A stretch of DNA of 64,000 nt from Mizuhopecten yessoensis. Taxonomy: Eukaryota. The number at the start of each line of letters is the position of its first letter. Position 1 is the stretch's first letter. The notes under the pieces were generated by a model. That model ran no database searches, was not told the DNA's origin, and worked only from the letters and a program-made list of their open reading frames with translations. Below, in pieces: positions 51,858-64,000 of this stretch. Location of the stretch: assembly GCF_002113885.1 (NCBI RefSeq), contig NW_018404662.1, positions 854,114 to 918,113 of the forward strand, read 5' to 3'. The position numbers and the translations under genes were made by a program.

Positions 51858-52937
51858 TTAGCTCACCTGGCACAAAGTGCCAAGTGAGCTTATGCCGTGG
51901 CGCGGCGTCCGGCGTCAATATTTTACTTTAAACGACTTCTTCTTAATAACCAAAAGGCCCAGGGTGTCGATATTTGGCCAGAAGCAAACTGAGATGAAGG
52001 GCTACAAAGTTTGTTAAAACTAATGACCTTTACCCATTTTCAAGGTCACAGGGGTCAGATATGTTAAAAACTTTAAACATCTTCTTCTCGATAACCAAAC
52101 TTCCCAGGGAGATGATATTTGGCCATTAGCATGCTTGGGGGAAGGGCTACAAAGTTTGTTCAAATGAATGACCTTCAATTATATTCAAGCTCACAGGGGT
52201 CAATTGTCTTAAAAAAACCTTTACACAACTTCTTCTGAATAACCAAAATGCACAGGGAGATGATATTTGGCCATTAGCATGCTTGGGGGAAGGGCTACAA
52301 AGTTTGTTCAAATGAATGACCTTCAATTATATTCAAGCTCACAGGGGTCAATTGTCTTAAAAAAACCTTTAAACAATTTCTTCTGAATAACCAAAATGCA
52401 CAGGGGGATGATATTTGGCCAGTAGGATGCTGGGGTAAAGGGCTATCAAGTTTGTTTTGAATGACCTTAACCTATATTCAAGGTCACAGGGGTCAAATAT
52501 GTTAAAAACATTAAACAACTTCTGATGAATAACCAAAATGCACAGGGAGATGATATTTGGCCAGTTGCATGCTTGGGGGAAGGGCTACAAAGTTTGTTAA
52601 AACTAATGACCTTTACCCATTTTCAAGGTCACAGGGGTCAAATTTGTTTAAAATCTTTAAACGACCTCTTCTGAATAACCATGGGTCCCAGGATGTTGAT
52701 ACTTTGCAAGTTGCATACTGAGATGAAAGGCTATACAATTTGTTCAACATAATGACTTTGTTCGACATTCAAAGTAACAGGGGTGAAATGATTTAAAATC
52801 TTTAAACAGGCTCTTTTGAATGATTTTAATCATAAATACTGATATTTTGCCTGTAGCGTTATTTTAGATCACTTTTAAGGTTGCAAGTGTGAGATTTATA
52901 CCAGGTGAGCGATGCAGGCCCATTGGGCCTCTTGTTT
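51858..52937 (-). mobile_element. HINE with ~6 units of ~147 bp
   Basis: Hairpin AGCTCACCTGGCACAAAGTGCCAAGTGAGCT, GGCGTCCGGCGTC box, satellite units, terminus CCAGGTGAGCGATGCAGGCCCATTGGGCCTCTTGTT. Confidence 0.85.
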
Positions 52938-53654
52938 TTATAAGGAAAACTGCAAGTGTTGAACTCAAGACCTTCTACATTTCAGTCTTCTCTTTACCAA
53001 TGTTGCAATCCAGGAATTTTAGAATAAGTTCCCTATTTATGGGCAGCAATGTCTATCAAAACCTGACAGTGGAAGTTTCTCTAAGCCAAAAAAACTTCTT
53101 TTTAATTGCTTCCTACAGAAGAGACAATATTCCATGTAAAAAGAATTATTGAGTGGAATTTGTCTTCGCGATTATAACTGATGCAGTATTACCCTTTAAC
53201 TTAAGGACTTCAGACTGTAAATTTACTAAAGGTTGCTTATTTGTCATGATGGTCATCAGAAAGGCCATTTTTCGTCTTCATCATCTCCAGATATTGCCAA
53301 TGTTACCATACAAGGAATCATAACAGAAACTTATTAAAAGTTGTTTGTTTTATTCCTCAAGACCATATTGATACTGTTGGCAGTCAAATACAAGTTTGAT
53401 TATATTCCTTTCATTACTTTGAGAGAAATTGATGCTTTAGATAAATTTAAATAGATTGACCTTTTATCTATGATCTTGATTTCCGGCCAAAAGAACTTTT
53501 AGCTGTATTCCAGATGTCTTGGGAACAGCTATATTAAGCTTGACGATATTCAGTAACTCTGAGAAAGATTTATCCTAAACTATTTAATCAACTTTGACCA
53601 ACTGACTGTAAAATTAGACATTGGTCTTCACAAACCTGATAATTTTCGGTGTTT

Positions 53655-54182
53655 TTTTTAGCTGGCCTGGTCCATCGTCCCTCTGTCAACTTTTCTTTTT
53701 AAAATGCTACTAACCCTGATTAACTTGCTGGATTTTGACTCAAGTCTTGGAGTATCCTTCGGAAAAGGGGATTCGATTTTGTTTTAACAAAAAGTGAAAA
53801 TTAGGTAAATCTTTAAAATCATTCTCCTTCTGTGCAAATGGAGGGATCTAAACCAAATTTTGTCAGAACAACCTTCCACAACTTTTTGTAGATGGTGGGT
53901 GTGATTCTGGGGCAAAAGGGCATGACCCAATAAGGTAAATCTTAAAATTCTTTTTGCTCCTTATAGAAGAAGGGATCTTAACCAAATTGGATATAGAGTA
54001 CTCTGGGCCAAATAGGCTTTAATGTTGAATAAACCATGGATAACCTCCCCGTAATGGGGATAGTGGGTTGACACAAAATAAGGTAAGGGTGTTTCTGAGA
54101 GAGCCATAATTTGTATGAGAATATTTAGCCATGATTGCTTAAAAATCTAGGCGAGCGATACAGGCCCTGTAGACCTCGTGTT
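53655..54182 (-). mobile_element. Degenerate HINE-like element
   Basis: Begins TTTTTAGCTGGCCTGG and ends CTAGGCGAGCGATACAGGCCC..GACCTCGTGTT. Confidence 0.5.
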
Positions 54183-55405
54183 TAGAAAAAAAGACTGAAC
54201 TCATGACATTTAAGACAACTGCACTCTATCGATTTAGTGTTAGGGAGTCAATAACTCATTAACGAATTACATGTCTACTTTAACAGTATGTTTTCTGTCG
54301 GCAGTGTCAGAATTGACAGAATAGACAGCAGAAGGCTGTTATGATTTTCTCTGATCAAAGCTACAAGTGAATTGATTGATTTCAAATTAAATCTTTTCAT
54401 TATTTTGTCTTATTAGTGGGTGAACAAATTGCAGACTACTTAGTTATCTGAGCTATCTTACCTTTGCTGGGTACAAATTGATTGTCTGGAGTTTGGGCGC
54501 AGATACATTGGTAAAGTTCCTAAAGTCGAGAACACTGAAGAAAACCCCCGATTCTGTAAAAGTAGGGTCATTATCGTAGACTTGCCACTCACGTAAGGAA
54601 CACAAGTAGTGTTGTGAAACTCACGTAAGGAGCATAAGTAGTGTTGTGAAACTCACTTGCAGGTAACAAAGATGTAAAGGTGAAAAGCTACCACTGGACC
54701 TATTCTTATCGTTGTTTATTGGTCCTTACGTCACTTAAAATCATTAAGATTAAACGGAGCTACAAAGTTAACTGACCGGTAGTTATGTCAAGAGACATAC
54801 AAATAGTGTTTCTGCAGGGACCCCACATAAGTTGCCACATGCGATCATGCAGTGGTATAAAGCATTTACAGGTAATATAGGCACATAATATGATTTGAAG
54901 CCATCGCTGCTCTCTGAAGACAAAACACCTAAACAATTTGCAATAAATAACATATTTTTATTCAATAATCAAAACAACAACAATAATGACATACTTCACA
55001 GAAAATTTATATTTTTGATATGGTTTCAATAAGGCTCTGATTGCTTTAAGATTCTTATAAAAATTTCGGCGGGTTTTGCGACTTATTCATCTTCTTGTGT
55101 TTCACGTTAGAGACGGTCAGCACTCTACTGGAAGAAGAAGAGGTCCACATGTATAAACTATACACGAAGTTTCAACTACACACTATAATGAGACATGTAC
55201 ATTTTCCAATAAATTCCTTTTGAACGTTACAGTTGTTGAATCAGCGTGAGGCCAACATGTCCTTTGTTGAACCAGAAGACCGTACATCTGTCTGAAGGGA
55301 TGAACAGGTAACAGTTTGGGCAAAGAGAACAACAAAACATGATGCTCGAATACCCTATTGAACGGTTTAAAGTTTGTATGAGCTTGACTGACGTTTAGAG
55401 TAGCC

Positions 55406-55929
55406 TACAAAGTGAGCCTTGACTGACATCTGCGGTAAGAGACAAAATGACTGACTTTCGTTTACATTATACAAAGTGAGCCTTGACTGACATCTGCGGT
55501 AAGAGACAAAATGACTGACTTTCGTTTACATTATACAAAGTGAGCCTTGACTGACATCTGCGGTAAGAGACAAAATGACTGACTTTCGTTTACATTATAC
55601 AAAGTGAGCCTTGACTGACATCTGCGGTAAGAGACAAAATGACTGACTTTCGTTTACATTATACAAAGTGAGCCTTGACTGACATCTGCGGTAAGAGACA
55701 AAATGACTGACTTTCGTTTACATTATACAAAGTGAGCCTTGACTGACATCTGCGGTAAGAGACAAAATGACTGACTTTCGTTTACATTATACAAAGTGAG
55801 CCTTGACTGACATCTGCGGTAAGAGACAAAATGACTGACTTTCGTTTACATTATACAAAGTGAGCCTTGACTGACATCTGCGGTAAGAGACAAAATGACT
55901 GACTTTCGTTTACATTATACAAAGTGAGC
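55406..55929. repeat. 64-bp minisatellite, 8 identical copies
   Basis: Unit TACAAAGTGAGCCTTGACTGACATCTGCGGTAAGAGACAAAATGACTGACTTTCGTTTACATTA. Confidence 0.97.
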
Positions 55930-56046
55930 GTTGACGTTTGGAGTACAAGGACAATATAGATTTTAGTGATGTTCTATTAGATCGCCTATATCTCCAGTCA
56001 TGGTAAGATTTGAATGTCGGACATATTCAGCTTTGACTAACGTTTA

Positions 56047-57707
56047 TTAGCTCACCTGCCCGAAGGGCAAGTGTGCTTATGTCATGGTGCGGCGTCCGTC
56101 GTCCGTCCGTCCGTCTGTCGTCCTCGTCCGTCAACTTTTCCTTTAAACAACTTCTTCTGAACAACGGACAGGCCTAGAGTCATGATATTTGACTGAAAGC
56201 TTTGTTGATAGGAGCCCGACAAAGTTTGAGAACGAAAATGACCTTGACCTACTTTCAAGGTCACAGGGGTCAAATATGTGAAACACTTCAAACGACTTCC
56301 TCAGAAGAACTAAAAGGTATAGAATCCTCATATTTTGCTGATAGATTCCTGGGATGAAGGCCAACAAAGTTTGAGAATGAAAATGACCTTGACCTTCTTT
56401 CAAGGTCACAGGGGTAATATGTGTCAAACAATTCAAACGACTTCTTTTGAAGAACTAAAAGGTATATAATCTTTATATTTGGCTGGTGGCTTCCTTGGAT
56501 AGACCCCAACAAACTTTGAAAATGAAAATTAGTTTGACCTATTTTCAAGGTCACAGGGTTCAAATATGTCAAATGCTGCAAACGACCTCTTCTGAAGAAC
56601 TAAACGGTATAGCATCTTTATATTTGATTGATGGCTTCATGGGATATCGCGGCAATTTTGAGGATGAAAATGACCTTGACCTTCTTTCAAGGTCACAGGG
56701 GTCAAATGTGTCAAACACTTCAAACGACTTCCCCTGAAGAACTGAAAGGTATATAATCTTTATATTTGGCTGGTGGCTTCCTGGGATAGAGCTCGACAAA
56801 GTTTGAAAACGAAAATGACCTTGACCTTCTTCAAGGTCAAAGGAGTCAGATATAACAAATGATTAAAACGACTTCTTCTGAAGAACTAAAAGTTATAGAA
56901 CCTAAATATTTGGCTTGTAGCTTTCTGGGAAAGAGCCCAACAAAGTTTGAGAATGAAAATGACCTTGACCTACTTTTAAGGTCACATGTGGCAGATCTGT
57001 CAAACACTTAAAACGACTTCTTCTGAAGAACTGGAAGGTATAGAACCTTAATATTTGGCTGGTGACTTCCTGGGAAGGAGCCCAACACAGTTTGCGAATG
57101 AAACTGACCTTGACTTACTTTCAAGGTCACAGGAGTCAGATATGTCTAACGCTTAGAACAACTTCTTCTGAAGAAACGGACGGTATAGAACCTTAATATT
57201 TGGCTGGTTATTTCCTGGGAAAGAGCCAAACAAAGTTTGCGAATGAAAATGACCTTGGCTAACTTTCAAGGTCACAGCGTTCAAATATGTCAAACGGTTC
57301 AAACTACTTTTTCTGAAGAATTGAGATTCATAAAATTATAATATTTGGCTGGTGACTTCCTGGGATAGAGCTCACCAAAGTTTGCGAATGAAAATGACAT
57401 CAACCTACTTTAGAGGTCACATGGGTCAACAACATTTTAAAGGATTTGTTTCAAGAACTAAAAGGAATGGATTCATAAGATTTGGCTGGTAGCATGTTGG
57501 AATAAAGCTAACCAATTTGAGAAGAAAAATGACATTGACCTACTTACAAGGTCACAGGGGAAAATATGTCAAGCAACTTCTGAAGAAGAATCAAAAAGCA
57601 TAAAATCTTATAATAATATTTTGCTGGTAGTTTCAACAGATGGAGCCAACAAAGTTTGCGAGGGAAATATTCAGGTGAGCGATACAAGCCCTCTTGGGCC
57701 TCTTGTA
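56047..57707 (-). mobile_element. HINE with ~11 units of ~145 bp, downstream of the sGC stop codon
   Basis: Hairpin AGCTCACCTGCCCGAAGGGCAAGTG, (GTCC)n microsatellite, AAATGACCTTGACCT..TCAAGGTCACAGG units, terminus CAGGTGAGCGATACAAGCCC..GGGCCTCTTGT. Confidence 0.85.
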
Positions 57708-58168
57708 ATATCGGGCAACACTGCTTTGATGCTTATAGTATCGGACAAAGTGTGCTTTTATGTTTATATTGCTGAAAAGAGTGAGCGTTTAATGATAATG
57801 ATATGATAAGTATCAAGCAAAGTGAATTTTTACAGACATGAATATTTCCGGCAAATAACGATTTAATTGATGTTGTACAACATGAGACAAAATGAGCTTT
57901 GTACATGTAGGTCGCATTTAGTTCCATCTAGATCGGATTTGAAGGTCGTGTATTAAAAATGTATTCACAGCGAGCTTTGATTGCTTTTATTAGACACAGT
58001 GAGCTTTACCAGTTTATAGTATGAGACAGTGAGGTTTGACTTATCCATATAATAAGGTAAAGTGAACTTTAATGGTGTCCTTTTGAGTAAGACACAACGT
58101 GCTTAGACTTTGTTTCATGCACTGTAAATTAAAGTTTGACTTTTAATTATAATCAGACACAACGAGCT

Positions 58169-61100
58169 CTATAGTATAAGGCACAGTGAACTTTTCACCT
58201 CCCCCTTCATATTTTCTCTCTTTTCTTTTGTGATCATTGCTGAAGGTGATGCATTTTCCTGATGACTATTCGTGAAGGGTATTCTGTCGGTAACTTTGTC
58301 GTGTTGCAGGTTGGTGGTATCGGTAGTGTCCGAGACACCTATATCCCGTACAGTGCTGTCGTCTGGTATCTGGAGCGACATAGCATTGGTGGATTTGCCA
58401 TTGATGAAATACGTGTTCATTAAACCTTTGCCTTTGATTTCAACCTCTCCTCTTGGCTCCAGGTCATATTCCGTACCGATTAGTTTTCTAAAATAATTAT
58501 ACACTAATATTAATCAGAAACCACAAGGAATAACTGTCCGTAGCATGAATCTGATTATGCACATTTGGATTAGAAGAGTGTTAAGCTATTGTCCCCAATG
58601 TAGTTTGGTAGTAAACTCGTTATCTCCTGTTTTAACCTGTATATATCCACATATATAAAGCTTCAATAGAATATAATTTAAAATTCAAAAAATATTTTAA
58701 CAAGGGGGCAGTATTTGTTTCCCTCAAGTATTTTTTGCTGGAACATATTTTTACTAATTTCTTTCAATAAGATGTAGACCTAAATTTATTATATATATCT
58801 AACATGGATCTACATCATTACAGGGATTTAGATGATCGTATATCAGATAGGAAGTCCGTTTATCCCTCACAAAATATTGTCCTTCGTGACATGCAGAGTA
58901 AACTATACCTACTATTGGGTAACGTTAACATTATTCCCTTGTGGGTTTGTGAAAAATCTGATATGGAGGGATTGGACATGTTTTTCTGTCTCCTGGATGA
59001 GAATCATAACGTAATTCATTTTAGATTCAATTAACTACTGATGAGGAGTGATACAAATATTTATCTTCGTTATCGATATCATTTATGCGACTCCTTTTTT
59101 AGTGTGTAAAATTGATGGATCGTAGGAAAACTGTTAATGCGTATTATGGCGATACCTTTATTGCAGGAATTTGAAAGAGATGATGGGGAGAGATAAGGAA
59201 CGTTGATCCGTCTTTTGTAAACAGTATCATAATTCCGTACTTGTATGTAGGTTTTGAGTGAGAACAACGATAAAGCCTCAACAAGTATGTGAAATAGTAG
59301 ATGTAAGCTATGGAGAACGGTTTTTACGTTTCATAGAAAATATAACACGGTACTGCGTATTATAAACTGGTTTGGAATGGGTAATGATTGCTTCCCCTGT
59401 TTGTGACATCTTTTGTGAGATCTCGTTTGAGCACTCAGTAAGCACCTTGCTCGAAATATACATTCATTCTATATTAATATCAGGGACAATGGTAAACGTG
59501 TATTCCGCTTTATAAGTGATAACTGATTTGGAATTAGGCAATGCTTTGCCCTTACGGGTGTTCAGAATATCTTATATTCATCTGTATTCCTCTTCAATCA
59601 AAAACTTTAATATGTTGTCGTTTTGTGTTATGAAGGGGGGCAAAACTCCCAGAAATGTGCTTTCACTGTTACTGATATCTAAAAACATATCAACAGTACA
59701 ACACTGTATCATGGAACGTTAAAGGACTGTATACTAACTGGTATGTGGAACAGCTGACATGAACCCGGCCTGGTACTCCGTGACTTTCCATGCGTGATGC
59801 GGTGTTGACGGTGTCCCCGAACAGACAGTAACGCGGCATTCTTGTACCCACCACTCCTGACACCACTGGCCCCGTGTGGATCCCCACTCGTATCTATGGT
59901 AACAACAAAGTGATACAGACATAATGTAAGCATGCTTTACACATGAATACCAATCCGATCCATCGTAAGATATAATATGATAAACTAAAACCTGATTTCG
60001 TTTTCGCCCTTTATTGTATAATACTTATTGTTCATCTTCGTTATAGTCACCTTTGGTGTCATTCAGCGAAATTATTCTTTGATAAAGTCCAACTTGGCTT
60101 TCATTCAGTGTCAATCAATTTCGTTGAAAACGTACCGGGGAAAGACTAGACCTGCTGTAGCTCGCTACATGATCTAACGTGGAGACTTTAAAGTGGCTTC
60201 TCTACATAATCGGGGGCTTCCTACCTATACTTTCTTTCCGATTGTAACCTCATTGCAGAACAAATAATATGACCGGATGAAGTGTCAGATTACTACATAC
60301 AAATTATCCTTTTATTTCATCTTGTTTACTTGAAACATTTCATAAAGCAATAGCGGAGAGTTTTGAGCTCCATTGAGTCTAAAATAAGACCAAATTTGGC
60401 TTCCAAGTTAATTCACGCTTTACATAAAACTGATGTAATTTTTAAATGAGATTAACCAAATGAATCATGATCATGTGTGACAAACAAAATAACAACATGA
60501 ATTTTATTTCAACGGAAATCAACATTAATGTCAAATAAGAGCATTTAAGGAATTGACTATATAAATCACCAAGGAGTTAGGATTTAAAGTATTGCTTTGT
60601 GAATGTCTCGGGTAAAAATAAATGCATGCATTAAAATGTACATATATTAAGATGACTTGTTTATTGTTTAATTATATAAATTCCTACCTGGATTGGACTG
60701 CCCGTGACAGGGGAAATAACACGCTCCGTTTCCGCTACCATTCCTAACCCCATGGTGGCAATCCTCTGCGCGTGATCAGCGATAGATTCCGGAACTCCCG
60801 ACACAACCATATATGCATCACCAATTGTTTCAACCTGATCGTCATTGATGAACATTAATATTAGTTACATAACATGGATTTGTTTTTAAACAGTCGAAAG
60901 AGAGAAGTGTTTCAATTTTGATAAAAAAGGGATATCATTTAAACTAAAAAGTGACAAACTTAATCTATTCGATGGTTCGGTTCATCGTAAAATAATACGA
61001 AAACAAGAAAATATCCTCTTGGCAGTATATTGTACTCCCGACCTCTACATTTTATTTGATAATAAGTCAATACTTATTCATCAACCTGTTATTTTCCAAA

Positions 61101-62398
61101 ATGATATTATATTGGAAGAAATTCATTAACAACAGTAATCTTTAGTTGATTGGAGCTTACCTTATATACGTCATATTCCGTTGACAAATTGTCAAATCTC
61201 ATGAAAAGTTCATTTAACAGGTCGACGATTTGAATAGGTTCGCATTTGGCCGCCATGTTGGTGAACGTCACAATGTCGCTGAATAGAATGGTAACACATT
61301 CATGCTTCTCTAGTGATAAAAAAGATAAGGCATAGAGTGGTCAATTTCAGTAAAAATACTACTTCATTGCGAAAAGACCACTCGCAAAAAAATAACAGGT
61401 ATTGTGAGACAAATGTTAATTAATAAATATGCTATAAGATCTTGCTACAAACAAACACAAATTACGGTTCATTAAGCGGAATTAAAATTGAAAGTAGCTT
61501 TCTATCGCTTTCAACACTATGTAATGATCACGACCGACATAAACCAAAGATACCAATAAAATTCAATTTCAACACCATTTTGAATTGTTCAAGGTTCTTA
61601 TAGAATGCTTACTATTCGATCCCATATTTTGCTACTTATTTAGTTACTAAGTAATCGCATCATATAAATGCTAAGTAATCGCATCATATAAAACAGGAAG
61701 ACTGACTTATACACCCTTCATCCCACTATTGAAAGGAAAGCTACGGACACAAACAGGTATTTTGAAGCAAATATGTGTTGCTTTAGAAAAGACAAATGTT
61801 GCAAAATGACAAAAGACAACAAAAAAACAAAAGCGTAACGATTTCTTTTCAACAGTTAATATTAGGATAACAATGAAGGTTAAAGAATCAAACTCGATAT
61901 GTGTTCCCAGAGTCGTAACGTCTTGAACTATTTTCAGTATGGAAGTTGCAGGGTCAACGTTATTCCAGAAACTATAACGTTGACCCTGCAACTTCCATTG
62001 CTACTTCCATTTGCTAGCAGAACTTGGCACGGCAATCACCTTTCCTCAGAGACACGAGGTATATTCTATACTATGCTCATGCTTTTTTAAGAGAGAAAAA
62101 ATGATACTTTCCTCGAGTGTTGGATATTCTATTCTGAGTGGTATTTAACTTTACATACGATTTCCTATAATACACTATTGAGATAACCTATTGATGGTTA
62201 TGGTTTTAAGTCACATGGAACCTGATGTTTTACAACGACAATCGAGCCTTACCCGCGGAAACCGTTTGCCCATCCCGCAACTGGTCTGCCACCTTGACTG
62301 GTAACATATCGTACAAGAGGGTATCAGTCTTTTTCTTTTCCTCCTCTAGAGCATTGGCTAGCTTTTTCATGCTGGCAGTCGTCTCGTCTAGCTTCTTA
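58169..62398 (-). CDS. Soluble guanylate cyclase, beta-2/atypical-like (3' part: coiled coil, cyclase domain, CaaX tail); upstream exons lie outside the window
   Basis: Exons 62253-62398, 61161-61309, 60688-60834, 59739-59893, 58169-58487, all in phase. Motifs: [96 protein letters not shown]. Ends in SSLCLIL*. Confidence 0.93.
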
Positions 62399-62549
62399 CT
62401 GTTAGCATGCAATATGATAGAGTGTATACATGAAAAATTGGGCCAAATGCATTACAAGGAAACCCCTATTTCTGGGTATTCAAATACATTTCTTACAAGG
62501 CAATACTAACTTTTATTAAGTCTGTACGAAAACAAATCAATTTCATCAG

Positions 62550-64000
62550 TAACGTAGTTGCAGTATTAACGACGCTGGTTAGTGAGACAATGATATTAGT
62601 GGTGGCAGTATTAACGACACTGGGTAGTGAGACAATCATATTAGTGGTGGCAGTGTTAACGACACTGGGTAGAGAGACAATCGTATTAGTGGTGGCAGTG
62701 TTAACGAAGCTGGGTAGTGAGACAATCATATTAGTGGGGGCAGTGTTAACGACGCTGGGTAGGGAGACAATCGTATTAGTGGTGGCAGTGTTAACGACGC
62801 TGGTTAGCGAGACAATCGTATTAGTGGTGGCAGTGTTAATGACACTGGGGAGAGAGACAATCGTATTAGTGGTGGCAGTGTTAACGACACTGGGTAGAGA
62901 GACAATCATATTAGTGGTGGCAGTGTTAACGGCACTGGGTAGAGAGACAATCATATTAGTGGTGGCAGTGTTATAACGGCACTGGGTAGTGAGACAATTA
63001 TATTAGTGGTGGCAGTGTTAACGACGCTGGTTAGCGAGACAATCGTATTAGTGGTGGCAGTGTTAACGACGCTGGGTAGCGAGACAATCATATTAGTGGT
63101 GGCAGTGTTAACTACGCTGGTTAGTGAGACAATCGTATTAGTCGTGGCAGTGTTAACGACGCTGGTTAGTGAGACAATCGTATTAGTCGTGGCAGTGTTA
63201 ACGACGCTGGTTAGTGAGACAATCGTATTAGTCGTGGCAGTGTTAACGACGCTGGTTAGTGAGACAATCGTATTAGTCGTGGCAGTGTTAACGACGCTGG
63301 TTAGTGAGACAATCATATTAGTGGTGGCAGTGTTAACTACGCTGGTTAGTGAGACAATCGTATTAGTCGTGGCAGTGTTAACGACGCTGGTTAGTGAGAC
63401 AATGATATTAGTGGTGGCAGTGTTATAACGGCACTGGGTAGTGAGACAATTATATTAGTGGTGGCAGTGTTAACGACGCTGGGGAGTGAGACAATCGTAT
63501 TAGTGGTGGCAGTGTTTACGACGCTGGGTAGTGAGACAATCATATTAGTGGGGGCAGTGTTAACGACGCTGGGTAGGGAGACAATCGTATTAGTGGTGGC
63601 AGTGTTAACGACGCTGGTTAGCGAGACAATCGTATTAGTGGTGGCAGTGTTAACGAAGCTGGGTAGTGAGACAATCATATTAGTGGGGGCAGTGTTAACG
63701 ACGCTGGGTAGGGAGACAATCATATTAGTGGTGGCAGTGTTAAAGACGCTGGGTAGTGAGACAATAATATTAGTGGTGGCAGTGTTAACGGCACTGGGTA
63801 GTGAGACAATCATATTAGTGATGGCAGTGTTAACGACGCTGGGTAGTGAGACAATCCTATTAGTGGTGGCAGTGTTAACGACGCAGGGTAGTGAGACAAT
63901 GGTATTAGTGGTGGCAGTGTTAACGACGCAGGGTAGTGAGACAATGATATTAGTGGTGGCAGGGTTAACGACGCTGGGTAGTGAGACAATGATATTAGTG
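62550..64000. repeat. 45-bp minisatellite in an sGC intron, running off the window edge
   Basis: Unit GTATTAGTGGTGGCAGTGTTAACGACGCTGGGTAGTGAGACAATC, about 32 copies visible. Confidence 0.97.

Noticed and set aside
56082-56799. Short ORFs with repeated PCDLE/PVTLKVGQG peptides (also 25064-25561, 41536-41909)
   Set aside because: They are translations of HINE satellite units, not genes.
59038-59075. CTGATGAGGAG hammerhead-like motif in an sGC intron
   Set aside because: There is no GAAA or stem III after the putative stem II.
62493-63813. Mucin-like or hydrophobic ORFs in the ORF track
   Set aside because: They are by-products of a stop-free 45-bp repeat inside an sGC intron, broken by frameshifting 2-bp insertions and with no evident splice sites.

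Overview
AT-rich, intron-rich animal genomic DNA, not prokaryotic. The repeat families suggest a bivalve mollusc, which is an inference. Four protein-coding genes were reconstructed by hand from GT-AG splice sites. (1) A complete 13-exon mitochondrial cysteine desulfurase NFS1 (minus, 1597-12116, 459 aa). (2) An intronless pyruvate dehydrogenase phosphatase PDP (plus, 12590-14065, 491 aa), head-to-head with NFS1 with 473 bp between the start codons. (3) A 5-coding-exon ankyrin-repeat/SOCS-box protein (plus, 38941-49508, 506 aa) with an unusual Cys-rich and acidic tail after the SOCS box. (4) The last five exons of a soluble guanylate cyclase (minus, 58169-62398) ending in a CaaX box. The rest is Helentron-type HINE elements carrying ~145-bp satellite units, tRNA-derived SINEs, MITEs, four large minisatellite arrays and one N gap. 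The most notable unannotated signals are three Penelope-type minimal hammerhead ribozyme loci: a triplicated core inside a foldback in NFS1 intron 1, and two divergent cores in a nested Penelope-like insertion. Also notable are a perfect 63-bp hairpin covering an AATAAA downstream of PDP, and the NFS1/PDP bidirectional promoter. All calls come from reading the sequence; no database searches were run.
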